A stretch of 27,893 nt of DNA from Candidatus Fraserbacteria bacterium (GTDB lineage Bacteria; Bipolaricaulota; Bipolaricaulia; RBG-16-55-9): NCBI GenBank assembly GCA_037443265.1, contig JBBIOR010000008.1, positions 1 to 27,893 on the forward strand. Reading direction: 5' to 3'. Shown here piece after piece: positions 1 to 7,611 of the stretch. The translations under genes and the position numbers were made by a program. Within the stretch, counting starts at the first letter, position 1. The number at the start of each line of letters is the position of its first letter. Under the pieces are notes generated by a model. It ran no database searches, was not told the DNA's origin, and saw only the letters and a program-made list of their open reading frames with translations.

Positions 1-145
1 GCTCCGTTCTCCAGCAGATAGAGCGCGGCATCCGGGCCGGCCGGCACCTCCACCACACACCCGTGGGCCCGCCACAGCAGCAGCCGCTCACAAGGCCCAA
101 CAACAAGAGTATTCCCAGGAGTCCGCCGAGATAGCGCGCCTTCAT
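1..145 (-). CDS. N-terminal fragment of a putative lipoprotein/exported protein (runs off window edge)
   Basis: ATG at 145, 9 nt after AGAAGGGGG SD. Translates MKARYLGGLLGILLLLGLVSGC..., i.e. basic N-region, hydrophobic core and lipobox-like LVSG-C. Promoter at 190-218. The frame downstream of about position 60 looks doubtful (see findings). Confidence 0.55.
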   Translation of the reverse strand, partial: MKARYLGGLLGILLLLGLVSGCCCGGPTGVWWRCRPARMPRSICWRTE

Positions 146-189
146 TGGCGGATGCCCCCTTCTCTTGGCCCTTTCACTTGCGGGATTTT

Positions 190-218
190 CTGTTAGCATA
201 AAACAGCCAAAATGTCAA
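190..218 (-). promoter_or_regulatory. sigma70-type promoter for the gene starting at 145
   Basis: Minus strand TTGACA (218-213), 17 nt spacer ending TGC, TAACAG (195-190). Confidence 0.5.
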
Positions 219-336
219 GGGGGGATACAGGATAAAATCCTTGTGAAACGATCGACCCCGAATACGTAGTAGCTTCTAGGGGAAATGGGGTCTGCAGCAC
301 CCAGGTGCTCCCTTCAAATTTTCAGAGAGCTTTGGG

Positions 337-1122
337 TCAGGCCGCCGGGCCGGAGAGCGAAGCGACAGGGCTCTTTAGGAAGGCCCTCAAAAGGCGACTG
401 AAGACCTCGGGCTGCTCGATGGGAGGAGAGTGGCCACAGCGATCCAGAAAGACCAGCTGAGCGTTCTCGATATGCTCCTTGAACTCCTGGGCCACTTCGG
501 GGGGAGTGATCCGGTCATTGCGCCCCCAGACGATAAGGGTGGGAATCTTGATCTTCTCCAGCTCGCTTTTGACGTTATAGTCGCGCGTGGCCTTGGCAAC
601 GCGAATCAAAAAGCGCACATACGTGCGATCCCTGAGCATCTCTTGAACGTCATCGATGATCTCCTCGGTGACGTGGCCCGGGTCATAGAAGATCTCGCAG
701 GCCTTTGTGTGGATGAACTCCCGAGTGACTTTGGGAAGCTCCCCGCCGCTTAAGCTGCGCTCAAAGAGCCCCGCGCTGCCCGTGATGATGAGCCGTTCAG
801 CGTGTTCTGGGTATCGCAAGCAGAAGTCGATGGCCACTTGACCGCCGAGCGAATTTCCGCCTATGGAGGCCCTCTCGAGCCCCAGCTCATCAAAAAACCG
901 CTTGATGAAATCCGTGAGCTGATGGATGGATTGAAGATCTTGGGGCTTGCGGGTGGGTCGACGATCCAGGGGAAGCTGCGGGGCAAGGACGTGAAACTCG
1001 TCTGAGAGATCTTGGATGATCGGGGCCCAGTTCTCGGGGCGTCCAAAGAGGCCATGGAGCAAGACAACGGCTTCTCCTTGGCCTCCTTCGAGGAAGCGCA
1101 AGGGCTCAGCTGCGGGCGTCAT
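337..1122 (-). CDS. alpha/beta fold hydrolase (MhpC/BphD-like esterase/hydrolase)
   Basis: LLHG oxyanion motif, GNSLGG nucleophile elbow, WGRNDRI acid region, CGHSPP catalytic His; GGAGGAGG SD upstream. Confidence 0.92.
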   Translation of the reverse strand: MTPAAEPLRFLEGGQGEAVVLLHGLFGRPENWAPIIQDLSDEFHVLAPQLPLDRRPTRKPQDLQSIHQLTDFIKRFFDELGLERASIGGNSLGGQVAIDFCLRYPEHAERLIITGSAGLFERSLSGGELPKVTREFIHTKACEIFYDPGHVTEEIIDDVQEMLRDRTYVRFLIRVAKATRDYNVKSELEKIKIPTLIVWGRNDRITPPEVAQEFKEHIENAQLVFLDRCGHSPPIEQPEVFSRLLRAFLKSPVASLSGPAA

Positions 1123-1161
1123 GACCTCCTCCCACGGAGTATTTTCCCTGTTTTCAGCAAT

Positions 1162-1213
1162 ACCCTAGCAAACCGCGCTGATTTTGTCAATGGCTAAAGC
1201 TTCAGTTTATAAT
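1162..1213. promoter_or_regulatory. overlapping divergent sigma70-type promoters
   Basis: Minus: TTGACA (1190-1185), 17 nt, TG-extended TAGGGT (1167-1162). Plus: TTGTCA (1184-1189), 18 nt, TATAAT (1208-1213). The two -35 boxes overlap. Confidence 0.55.
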
Positions 1214-1223
1214 ACAGCCGGCT

Positions 1224-2537
1224 ATGAGAAGTAGACTCTTATACAGGATCTGTTTGGGCCTTCTGTGCGTTGGGCTGACACTGAGCCTCGGGGTGGGCGC
1301 GCCCCGGCTCGCGGCCCAGAGCCAAATCCCCATGACGGGCACGCCGGTGCCCGGCCTAGCCAGCTTCGATCGACTCATAGTCGATCTGATGAGAATCGCA
1401 CAGATCCCCGGAGGCGCCGTGGCCGTCGCCAAAGAGGGCCGGCTGGTCTTCGCCCGTGGCTACGGCTACTCTGATCAGGAGAACAACCAGCCCATCCAGC
1501 CGGATTCGCTGTTTCGCATCGCCAGCATCTCCAAGTCCATCACGGCCGTCGCCATCTTGCAGCTGAGCGAGAGCGGCCGGCTCAGCCTGGACGAGCAAGC
1601 CTTCTGCCGGCCGGGCGTCCAGACAGGCTGCCTCCTGACCCTTGAGCCCCCTCCCGGCACAACTGTAATAGATCCACGCCTCTATGAGATCACGGTCCGA
1701 CAGCTGCTGTGGCATGCCGGCGGTTGGGATCGCGATCGTAGCGGCGACCCGATGTTCATGCCCATCACGAAAGAGGCCGCCCATGCCCTGGGCCAGCCAC
1801 CACCGGCCAGCTGCAAGTCCGTCATACGCTACATGCTGAGCCGCAGACTTGACTTCAACCCAGGCAGCTCCTATGCCTACTCCAACTTCGGCTACTGTGT
1901 CTTAGGGCGCATCATCGAGCAAGTGACGGGACAGACGTATGAAAGCTATGTCCAGCAGAACGTCCTTGCGCCGGCCGGGATCACGCGCATGCGCATCGGG
2001 CGCACATTGCCGGAAGGGCGTGCCCCAGGCGAAGTCAAATACTATGACTTCCCCGGGGCGCCTCTGGCCGAATGCGTCTTTGCTAATCTGGGCCAATGCC
2101 CTTGGCCCTATGGGGGATTTTATCTGGAGGCGATGGACTCCCACGGCGGCTGGATCGCCTCGGCCATCGATCTTCTGCGTCTTGTCACGGCCATAGACGG
2201 CCGCCGCTCGGTGCAGAGCCCGCCGCTTCAGCCCCAGACCGTCCAACGGATGATCTCACGCCCAGATCTGGGCTATTGGCAAGGTAGCTCTTGGTACTAT
2301 GCAATGGGCTGGGCCGTGCGACCCGTAGGCAACGAGGCCAACTGGTGGCATAATGGCTCGCTGCCGGGGACTTCCAGCCTTCTCGTGCGGGAAGGCCAGA
2401 CCGGCCTTAAGCTCAGCTGGGCAGCCCTCTTCAACTCTCGGCCCCGCGCGTGGGAGGGCTTCATGACAGCCTTGGATCGCGCTCTCTGGCAGGCGGTCGG
2501 CGAAGTCACCGAGTGGCCCACCCACGATCTCTTTTAG
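1224..2537 (+). CDS. secreted serine hydrolase, beta-lactamase class C/AmpC-like family
   Basis: Signal peptide; FRIASISK (SxxK), LLWHAGG, YAYSNFGY (YxN), WHNGS motifs. Substrate not determinable. Confidence 0.9.
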   Translation: MRSRLLYRICLGLLCVGLTLSLGVGAPRLAAQSQIPMTGTPVPGLASFDRLIVDLMRIAQIPGGAVAVAKEGRLVFARGYGYSDQENNQPIQPDSLFRIASISKSITAVAILQLSESGRLSLDEQAFCRPGVQTGCLLTLEPPPGTTVIDPRLYEITVRQLLWHAGGWDRDRSGDPMFMPITKEAAHALGQPPPASCKSVIRYMLSRRLDFNPGSSYAYSNFGYCVLGRIIEQVTGQTYESYVQQNVLAPAGITRMRIGRTLPEGRAPGEVKYYDFPGAPLAECVFANLGQCPWPYGGFYLEAMDSHGGWIASAIDLLRLVTAIDGRRSVQSPPLQPQTVQRMISRPDLGYWQGSSWYYAMGWAVRPVGNEANWWHNGSLPGTSSLLVREGQTGLKLSWAALFNSRPRAWEGFMTALDRALWQAVGEVTEWPTHDLF

Positions 2538-3795
2538 AAACCCTCTTGGGCTTGATGGCTCTCTCCTGCTTCAGATACACCTGCACATCCGAGGGCACGT
2601 TCTCCTCTACCACTATCCCAGGTCCCACAAATGAGCGCGCGCCGATCAAGACTCCGGGCATCGTCATCGTGCAAATCCCCAATTGAGTCTCCGCCCCCAC
2701 CATCGCGCCCAATGAGCTTAGGCCTGTGGAGACCCGCTCACCCTTCACCACGGGCTTGATCTCAGCGCGATGGACCTTCACGTTGGCCGTCACCGTCCCG
2801 GCTCCGGCCCGCGCCCCGCGATCAAAGATCGAATCCCCAAAATAGCCTGAGTGTGTGCTCGCACCCTCTTGAAACAGACAGCGGGCCACCTCCGCATGGG
2901 CCCCGATCACAACCCCTTCCTCTAGGTCGGTGTATTCCCTCACCAAGGCGTGATTTCCAATGACGCAATCCGGGCCGATGTAGCACGGCCCCTTGATCAC
3001 AGCGTATTCAAAGATCTTGACCCGCTCGCCGAGGTAGACTTCTCCCTCAATGTGGGCCAGCGGGCTGATCCGCGCTGAGGATGCCCGAAAGAATTGGAGA
3101 TGCTCGTCCATCAAGAGGCGCGTGACATGGAAGAGATCCCACGGATATTTCAACGAAGGGCTCGGCTCCTCTCGGATAACTACCCGCACGTCATGCGCGC
3201 TCATGTAGTGCGCAAGCGCCTCTTCATAGGCGTAGGGGTGCTCGTCCACACGCTCAAGAACGTCCAGAAATTCTCGGGGCACAAGATAAATCCCCACAAC
3301 CCGCACATCGCTGGGACTTTCTTTATGAGGCTTCTCGATAATCCCCACGGCCCGATCGCCTTCAAGCACCAGCACGCCATACTTCCAGGGCTCCTCTGTC
3401 CTCTGTCCTGCCAGAATGAGCTTAGAACCCGTCTCGCGACTCTTCTGGCGCATCGGCTCGATCCAGCGATCGACTGTGAACTCATGCGCGTGCAGCACAA
3501 AAAATGAGTCTTCCAATGCGCCCTGGGCCGCCCGCAGCGCATCGGCCATCCCCCGGGGGCGCTCTTGAACGACATAGCTCAATCTTAAATTGAGCTTCTT
3601 ATCTTTGAGTTCTCGCTCTATGGCTCGGGTGGGCGCCTGGACGATGAGGATCTCTTCCATGCCTGCGCGCTCCAAGGCTTCGAGCGTCCACTGGATGAGC
3701 GGCTTGCCCATCAGACGAAAAAGACTCTTATGCTGCCCCTCACAGAGCGGCCAGAATCTCGACGATTCGCCCGCGGCCAAAAGTACCGCCTGCAT
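2506..3795 (-). CDS. bifunctional sugar-1-phosphate nucleotidyltransferase/acetyltransferase (GlmU-like, archaeal-type architecture)
   Basis: LLAAGESSRFWP nucleotidyltransferase motif, YVVQ..PRG.ADA, IEKP, YPWDL, and C-terminal hexapeptide repeats; GAAGGAGG SD. 3' end overlaps the serine hydrolase by 32 nt. Confidence 0.85.
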   Translation of the reverse strand: MQAVLLAAGESSRFWPLCEGQHKSLFRLMGKPLIQWTLEALERAGMEEILIVQAPTRAIERELKDKKLNLRLSYVVQERPRGMADALRAAQGALEDSFFVLHAHEFTVDRWIEPMRQKSRETGSKLILAGQRTEEPWKYGVLVLEGDRAVGIIEKPHKESPSDVRVVGIYLVPREFLDVLERVDEHPYAYEEALAHYMSAHDVRVVIREEPSPSLKYPWDLFHVTRLLMDEHLQFFRASSARISPLAHIEGEVYLGERVKIFEYAVIKGPCYIGPDCVIGNHALVREYTDLEEGVVIGAHAEVARCLFQEGASTHSGYFGDSIFDRGARAGAGTVTANVKVHRAEIKPVVKGERVSTGLSSLGAMVGAETQLGICTMTMPGVLIGARSFVGPGIVVEENVPSDVQVYLKQERAIKPKRVSKRDRGWATR

Positions 3796-3837
3796 CCGTT
3801 TCCTCCTTCAAACAGAAGCCATTCTAGCTCATCCCCA

Positions 3838-3866
3838 TTGCGCGCGCATCCTGACACCATTACAAT
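3838..3866 (+). promoter_or_regulatory. promoter of M1 peptidase gene
   Basis: TTGCGC (3838-3843), 17 nt, TACAAT (3861-3866), ending 9 nt before the ATG. Confidence 0.5.
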
Positions 3867-3875
3867 GGGCTCGCT

Positions 3876-5642
3876 ATGAGAGCGCTCATCCTCGCCGGCC
3901 TCAGCCTCATCTCCGTCCCCTTGAGCTCTTATGCCCTACCCAACGAGGTGCAATACGCCATCGACGCGGAGCTCGATACGCAAAAGAACGTCATCGTTGG
4001 GAGAGAGATCGTTCAGTTCACCAATCGAACGGGACACGCTCTCGAAGAGCTATATTTTCACGTCTATCCCAATGCCTTTAAGCGCGACTCCAACAGCCAG
4101 TATCAACGCGATCTCCAAAGAATGGTCGGAATTCGAGATCTAAATCGCATCTACGCCGACCCAAACGACGATGCGTTCATGGAGATTGTAAGCATCACCA
4201 GCGCTGGCCGTCCGCTGAGTTTTTCTATGGAAGACACCCTCTTGACCGTCCAGCTACCGGAACCGTTGGCAGATGACGAGCCAATTGAACTGGCCATCGA
4301 GTTCATCTACGATCTTATGGAAGTCCCCCCCGAGGGGCGCATGGCGGCGACTCTAGCCATCCGCAGCGGACATCGAAACGGCGTCTACACCATCGCCCTC
4401 TGGTACCCCAGGCTGGCCGTCTATGATGAGGCCGGCTGGCACCTTGAGCCCTATAGCTACTTAGGAGAGTTCTACAGCGATTTCGCGGATTATCTCGTCC
4501 GGCTGAGTGTGCCTATGGGCTTGCTAGTGGGGGCCACCGGAACCCTGCAGCTTGAGGTAGAAGCCCCCCCGAGGAAGATCCTCAGCTTCCAAGCCGAGAA
4601 GGTTCATGATTTCGCTTGGGTGGCCAGCGCCCGCTATCAAGCGAAAGAGCTTCCGTGGGAGGGGATCACGGTCCGCGCGCTCTTTTTCGATCAAGCCGCG
4701 CTGGCCGATAGAGCTCTCGAGGCTCTGCGCTTCTTCAGCGAAGAGTTCGGCCGCTATGCCTATCCCGTCTTTACGGTCGCCCAAGTCGAGGCCGGAGGGG
4801 GCATGGAATACCCGGCCATCGTGATGATCGGGCAGGGCACCGAGCGCGAGATCGCCCATGAGATCGCCCATCAATGGTGGTATGGGGCCGTGGGCAATAA
4901 TGAGTTTGACGAGGCCTGGCTCGATGAAGGATTTACGACCTTCTCCGAAGAGCGTTATCTCATCGAGCAGCTCGGTTACCCGGAGGACTTGGCTCGTAGT
5001 TCGCTGCGCTTCCATGAGCCGGGTGAGGCCGTGCTCCAGCCGGCCTCTCACTATTCTTCGCTCTCGAGCTATGCCGCCGCCGTCTACACCAAGGCCTCGG
5101 GCATCTTGTGGATGCTCCGCGGGCTCTTGGGCCAAGAGACGTTCGATACGATCCTTCAAGAGTATTACAAGCGCTTTCAATTCAAAAATGCCACCACCCG
5201 CGATTTCGCAGCACTAGCGGAGGAGATCAGTGGGCAAGAACTCGATTGGTTCTTCGACCAGTGGCTGCGTACCACCAAGACGCTCGATTTCTCTATTGCC
5301 GAGGTGCGCTCGACTTCCCTGGGAGATGGGCGCTATCGCCATGCGATCGCGCTCGAGCGTCGCGGCGAGGCGATCATGCCTGTGGCCATCCAGCTCAGAT
5401 ATTCCAATGGCAAGACCCAACAGATCCACTGGGATGGACAGGCCACAAGAGCGGAGTTTGTCTTAGAGGCCGATGCGCCGCTTCAGCGAGTCATCATCGA
5501 TCCAGAGCGCATCATTTTGGAAGAGGACCGCTCGAACAACAGCTGGGCCGAGAGGGCGGCGCGACTCCTGGAACGTTTTTTATGGGGATTGGCAGCTGTC
5601 TTGGGCTCTCTCTGGTTGGCGAGGCGCCGTGCCGCGCCCTAA
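3876..5642 (+). CDS. M1 family Zn metallo-aminopeptidase, exported, with C-terminal membrane tail
   Basis: Signal peptide; GGMEY exopeptidase motif; HEIAHQWW followed by WLDEG (HExxH-x18-E); YTKA; C-terminal hydrophobic helix followed by RRR. Confidence 0.92.
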   Translation: MRALILAGLSLISVPLSSYALPNEVQYAIDAELDTQKNVIVGREIVQFTNRTGHALEELYFHVYPNAFKRDSNSQYQRDLQRMVGIRDLNRIYADPNDDAFMEIVSITSAGRPLSFSMEDTLLTVQLPEPLADDEPIELAIEFIYDLMEVPPEGRMAATLAIRSGHRNGVYTIALWYPRLAVYDEAGWHLEPYSYLGEFYSDFADYLVRLSVPMGLLVGATGTLQLEVEAPPRKILSFQAEKVHDFAWVASARYQAKELPWEGITVRALFFDQAALADRALEALRFFSEEFGRYAYPVFTVAQVEAGGGMEYPAIVMIGQGTEREIAHEIAHQWWYGAVGNNEFDEAWLDEGFTTFSEERYLIEQLGYPEDLARSSLRFHEPGEAVLQPASHYSSLSSYAAAVYTKASGILWMLRGLLGQETFDTILQEYYKRFQFKNATTRDFAALAEEISGQELDWFFDQWLRTTKTLDFSIAEVRSTSLGDGRYRHAIALERRGEAIMPVAIQLRYSNGKTQQIHWDGQATRAEFVLEADAPLQRVIIDPERIILEEDRSNNSWAERAARLLERFLWGLAAVLGSLWLARRRAAP

Positions 5643-6007
5643 GGCAGGCTGGGCTCTCTCGCCATGATGCGATTCTGCTCATCCACCCAGATGATCTTCG
5701 GCTGAAACAAGGCCACTTCGTCCTCTTCCAGATGGACAAAGCTCAGGATGATCACGGGGTCTCCGATCTCGCCCCAGCGCGCCGCGGCCCCATTGAGAAT
5801 GATCTCCCCGGAGCCGGCCCGGCCGGGAATGGCATACGTCTCCAGCCGCGAGCCGTTGTTGATGTTGACGACCTGGACTCTCTCATAGCTATAAATGCCT
5901 GCAGCCTCCATCAGCTGGCGGTCGACGGTGAGGCTTCCTTCATAGTCGACATTCTTGCCCGTGATCCGAGCTCTATGAATCTTTGATTTTAAAAGCTCCA
6001 GGCGCAT
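5639..6007 (-). CDS. panD: aspartate 1-decarboxylase
   Basis: KSKIHRA, YEG|SLTVD autocleavage site, NNGSRLETY, LNGAAAR; 122 aa. Confidence 0.97.
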   Translation of the reverse strand: MRLELLKSKIHRARITGKNVDYEGSLTVDRQLMEAAGIYSYERVQVVNINNGSRLETYAIPGRAGSGEIILNGAAARWGEIGDPVIILSFVHLEEDEVALFQPKIIWVDEQNRIMAREPSLP

Positions 6008-6036
6008 GTTCCGGCCCTCTCTAGCTGATCCGGGCT

Positions 6037-6117
6037 ATGATACTCTGAAACCCCTGCTCAGGCAAGCTTTCTCCGCTTTGCCAAGAGGCTGGCCAATGTG
6101 ATAGCATGGGATGCTAT
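6037..6117. promoter_or_regulatory. divergent promoters panD / aminotransferase with palindromic operator candidate
   Basis: Minus: TTGCCT (6065-6060), 17 nt, TATCAT (6042-6037). Plus: TTGCCA (6078-6083), 18 nt, TG-extended TAGCAT (6102-6107), overlapped by the perfect inverted repeat ATAGCAT-GGG-ATGCTAT (6101-6117). Confidence 0.5.
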
Positions 6118-6144
6118 TGTCGCTATGATGAAAGGAGACCTCAC

Positions 6145-7473
6145 ATGAAAAGCCCACTAGTTCACAAGCAGAAAGCCCAGCGTTCCACACCCCGCGAGCC
6201 GGGTCCGAAGTCCAAGGAGATTTTCGAGCGCAAGGAGAGAGTCGTGGCGCGAGCGATCTCCCCTCTTGCGCCCTTTATCATGGCCGAGGGCCGGGGAGTC
6301 ACAATCAAAGACGTCGACGGCCAGGAATATTTAGATTTCACCGGCGGCTGGGGGTGTCTGAACGTGGGCCACAATCACCCCAAAGTCGTACGCGCCGTCC
6401 AAGAGCAAGCCTCAAAATACATCCACACCGACTGCAGTGTGGTGATGTACGAGCCCTACATTGAGCTGGCCGAGCGTTTAATAGAGTACGCGCCGGGTGT
6501 GCGCCCCAAGAGAGTCATTTTCTTTAACAGCGGGGCCGAGGCGGTAGAAAACGCCGTCAAAATTGCCCGTTATTTCACAAGGCGCCGCGCCATCGTCGTC
6601 TTCGAGGGGGCCTTCCACGGCCGGACTCTTCTCACCATGACCATGACTCATAAAGCCATCCCCTACAAAGCCCACTTCGGCCCCTTGGCTCCCGATATTT
6701 ATCGGGTCCCCTTCCCCAACCCCTATCGCAACCCCATGAGCTTCTCCGCCTGGGAGAAGCACCTTTTAACCCTCGTGGCTCCGGAGGAGATTGCAGCCGT
6801 GGTGATCGAGCCCATCCAGGGCGAGGGGGGTTTTCTAGTCCCCTCCGAGGGCTTTCTGCCTGAGCTTCGCCGATTCTGCGATGCCCACGGAATTGTGCTC
6901 GTAGCCGACGAGGTGCAATCCGGGATGGGGCGTACCGGGAGATTCTTTGCCTCGGAGCACTTTCAGATCGAGCCGGATCTCATCTGCCTGGGAAAGTCTC
7001 TGGCCTCCGGGCTGCCTTTAAGCGGCGTGCTGGGTGCGGCTGAGATTGTCGATAGCGTGCCGGATAGCGGCCTCGGCGGTACGTTCGTGGGGAACCCCAT
7101 CGCCTGCGCAGCGGCTTTGGCCGTGATCGACGTCATCGAAGAAGAGAGGCTACTTGAGCGTGCCGTGCAGTTGGGTTCCCTCCTCGTACAGCGTTTCCAC
7201 AAGATGCAAGAGAAATATGATCTCATTGGAGATGTGCGCGGGCTGGGGGCCATGCAGGCCATTGAACTCGTCAAGGATCGCCAGACGAAGGAGCCTGCCA
7301 GCGAGGAGACGGCCCAGATCATTCAGCAGACGCTCCGGCAGGGCGTCCTTCTGGCGAAGGCCGGACTCTACAGCAATGTGATCCGCATGCTCATTCCGCT
7401 TGTGACGAGCGAAGAGGAGCTGAACGAAGGACTAGACGTGCTGGAGGACGCACTGGAGGGGATCGCGTCCTAA
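6145..7473 (+). CDS. gabT: class III PLP aminotransferase, 4-aminobutyrate--2-oxoglutarate transaminase-like
   Basis: NSGAEAVENAVK, AFHGRT, IEPIQGEGG, DEVQSGMGRTG, LGKS (PLP Lys), GGTFVGNP. Start moved from 6106 to ATG 6145, which follows an AAAGGAG SD. Confidence 0.85.
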   Translation: MKSPLVHKQKAQRSTPREPGPKSKEIFERKERVVARAISPLAPFIMAEGRGVTIKDVDGQEYLDFTGGWGCLNVGHNHPKVVRAVQEQASKYIHTDCSVVMYEPYIELAERLIEYAPGVRPKRVIFFNSGAEAVENAVKIARYFTRRRAIVVFEGAFHGRTLLTMTMTHKAIPYKAHFGPLAPDIYRVPFPNPYRNPMSFSAWEKHLLTLVAPEEIAAVVIEPIQGEGGFLVPSEGFLPELRRFCDAHGIVLVADEVQSGMGRTGRFFASEHFQIEPDLICLGKSLASGLPLSGVLGAAEIVDSVPDSGLGGTFVGNPIACAAALAVIDVIEEERLLERAVQLGSLLVQRFHKMQEKYDLIGDVRGLGAMQAIELVKDRQTKEPASEETAQIIQQTLRQGVLLAKAGLYSNVIRMLIPLVTSEEELNEGLDVLEDALEGIAS

Positions 7474-7482
7474 GCTTACGGC

Positions 7483-7570
7483 AAAAGAGGGCCAGGCAGG
7501 CTGCTGGGAAAAAGCCACGCCGGAGGTGGGGGCGTGGAGAAAAACCCAGACAGCCGAACCGAGCCCTCCC
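7483..7570 (-). ncRNA. candidate structured small RNA (rod-like, anti-SD apical loop)
   Basis: Nested stems 7487-7492/7563-7568, 7499-7508/7545-7555 (1-nt bulge), 7515-7521/7531-7537. TATAAT at 7584-7579 just upstream on the minus strand; 3' UUUU; extra G.U pairs favour the minus strand. Confidence 0.5.
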
Positions 7571-7611
7571 AAAATTTTATTATAGCTCCAGCCAGTCCAA
7601 TTCTGACAGGC

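Noticed and set aside
225..310. Short palindromes (AGGAT-AAA-ATCCT; AGCAC-CCAG-GTGCT)
   Set aside because: Only 5-bp stems without U-tracts; compatible with chance.
1224..2537. Calling the serine hydrolase an antibiotic-resistance beta-lactamase
   Set aside because: SxxK/YxN motifs are shared by many esterases and peptidases; no specific support.
5108..5986. 292-aa alternative-frame ORF across the M1 peptidase and panD
   Set aside because: Overlaps two well-supported genes; composition looks off-frame.
7483..7570. Identification of the structured RNA as SRP RNA, 6S RNA, tRNA or Y RNA
   Set aside because: No SRP GGAA tetraloop/internal-loop motif, too short for 6S, no cloverleaf; the GGCUG/CAGCC resemblance to Y RNA stems is too slight.
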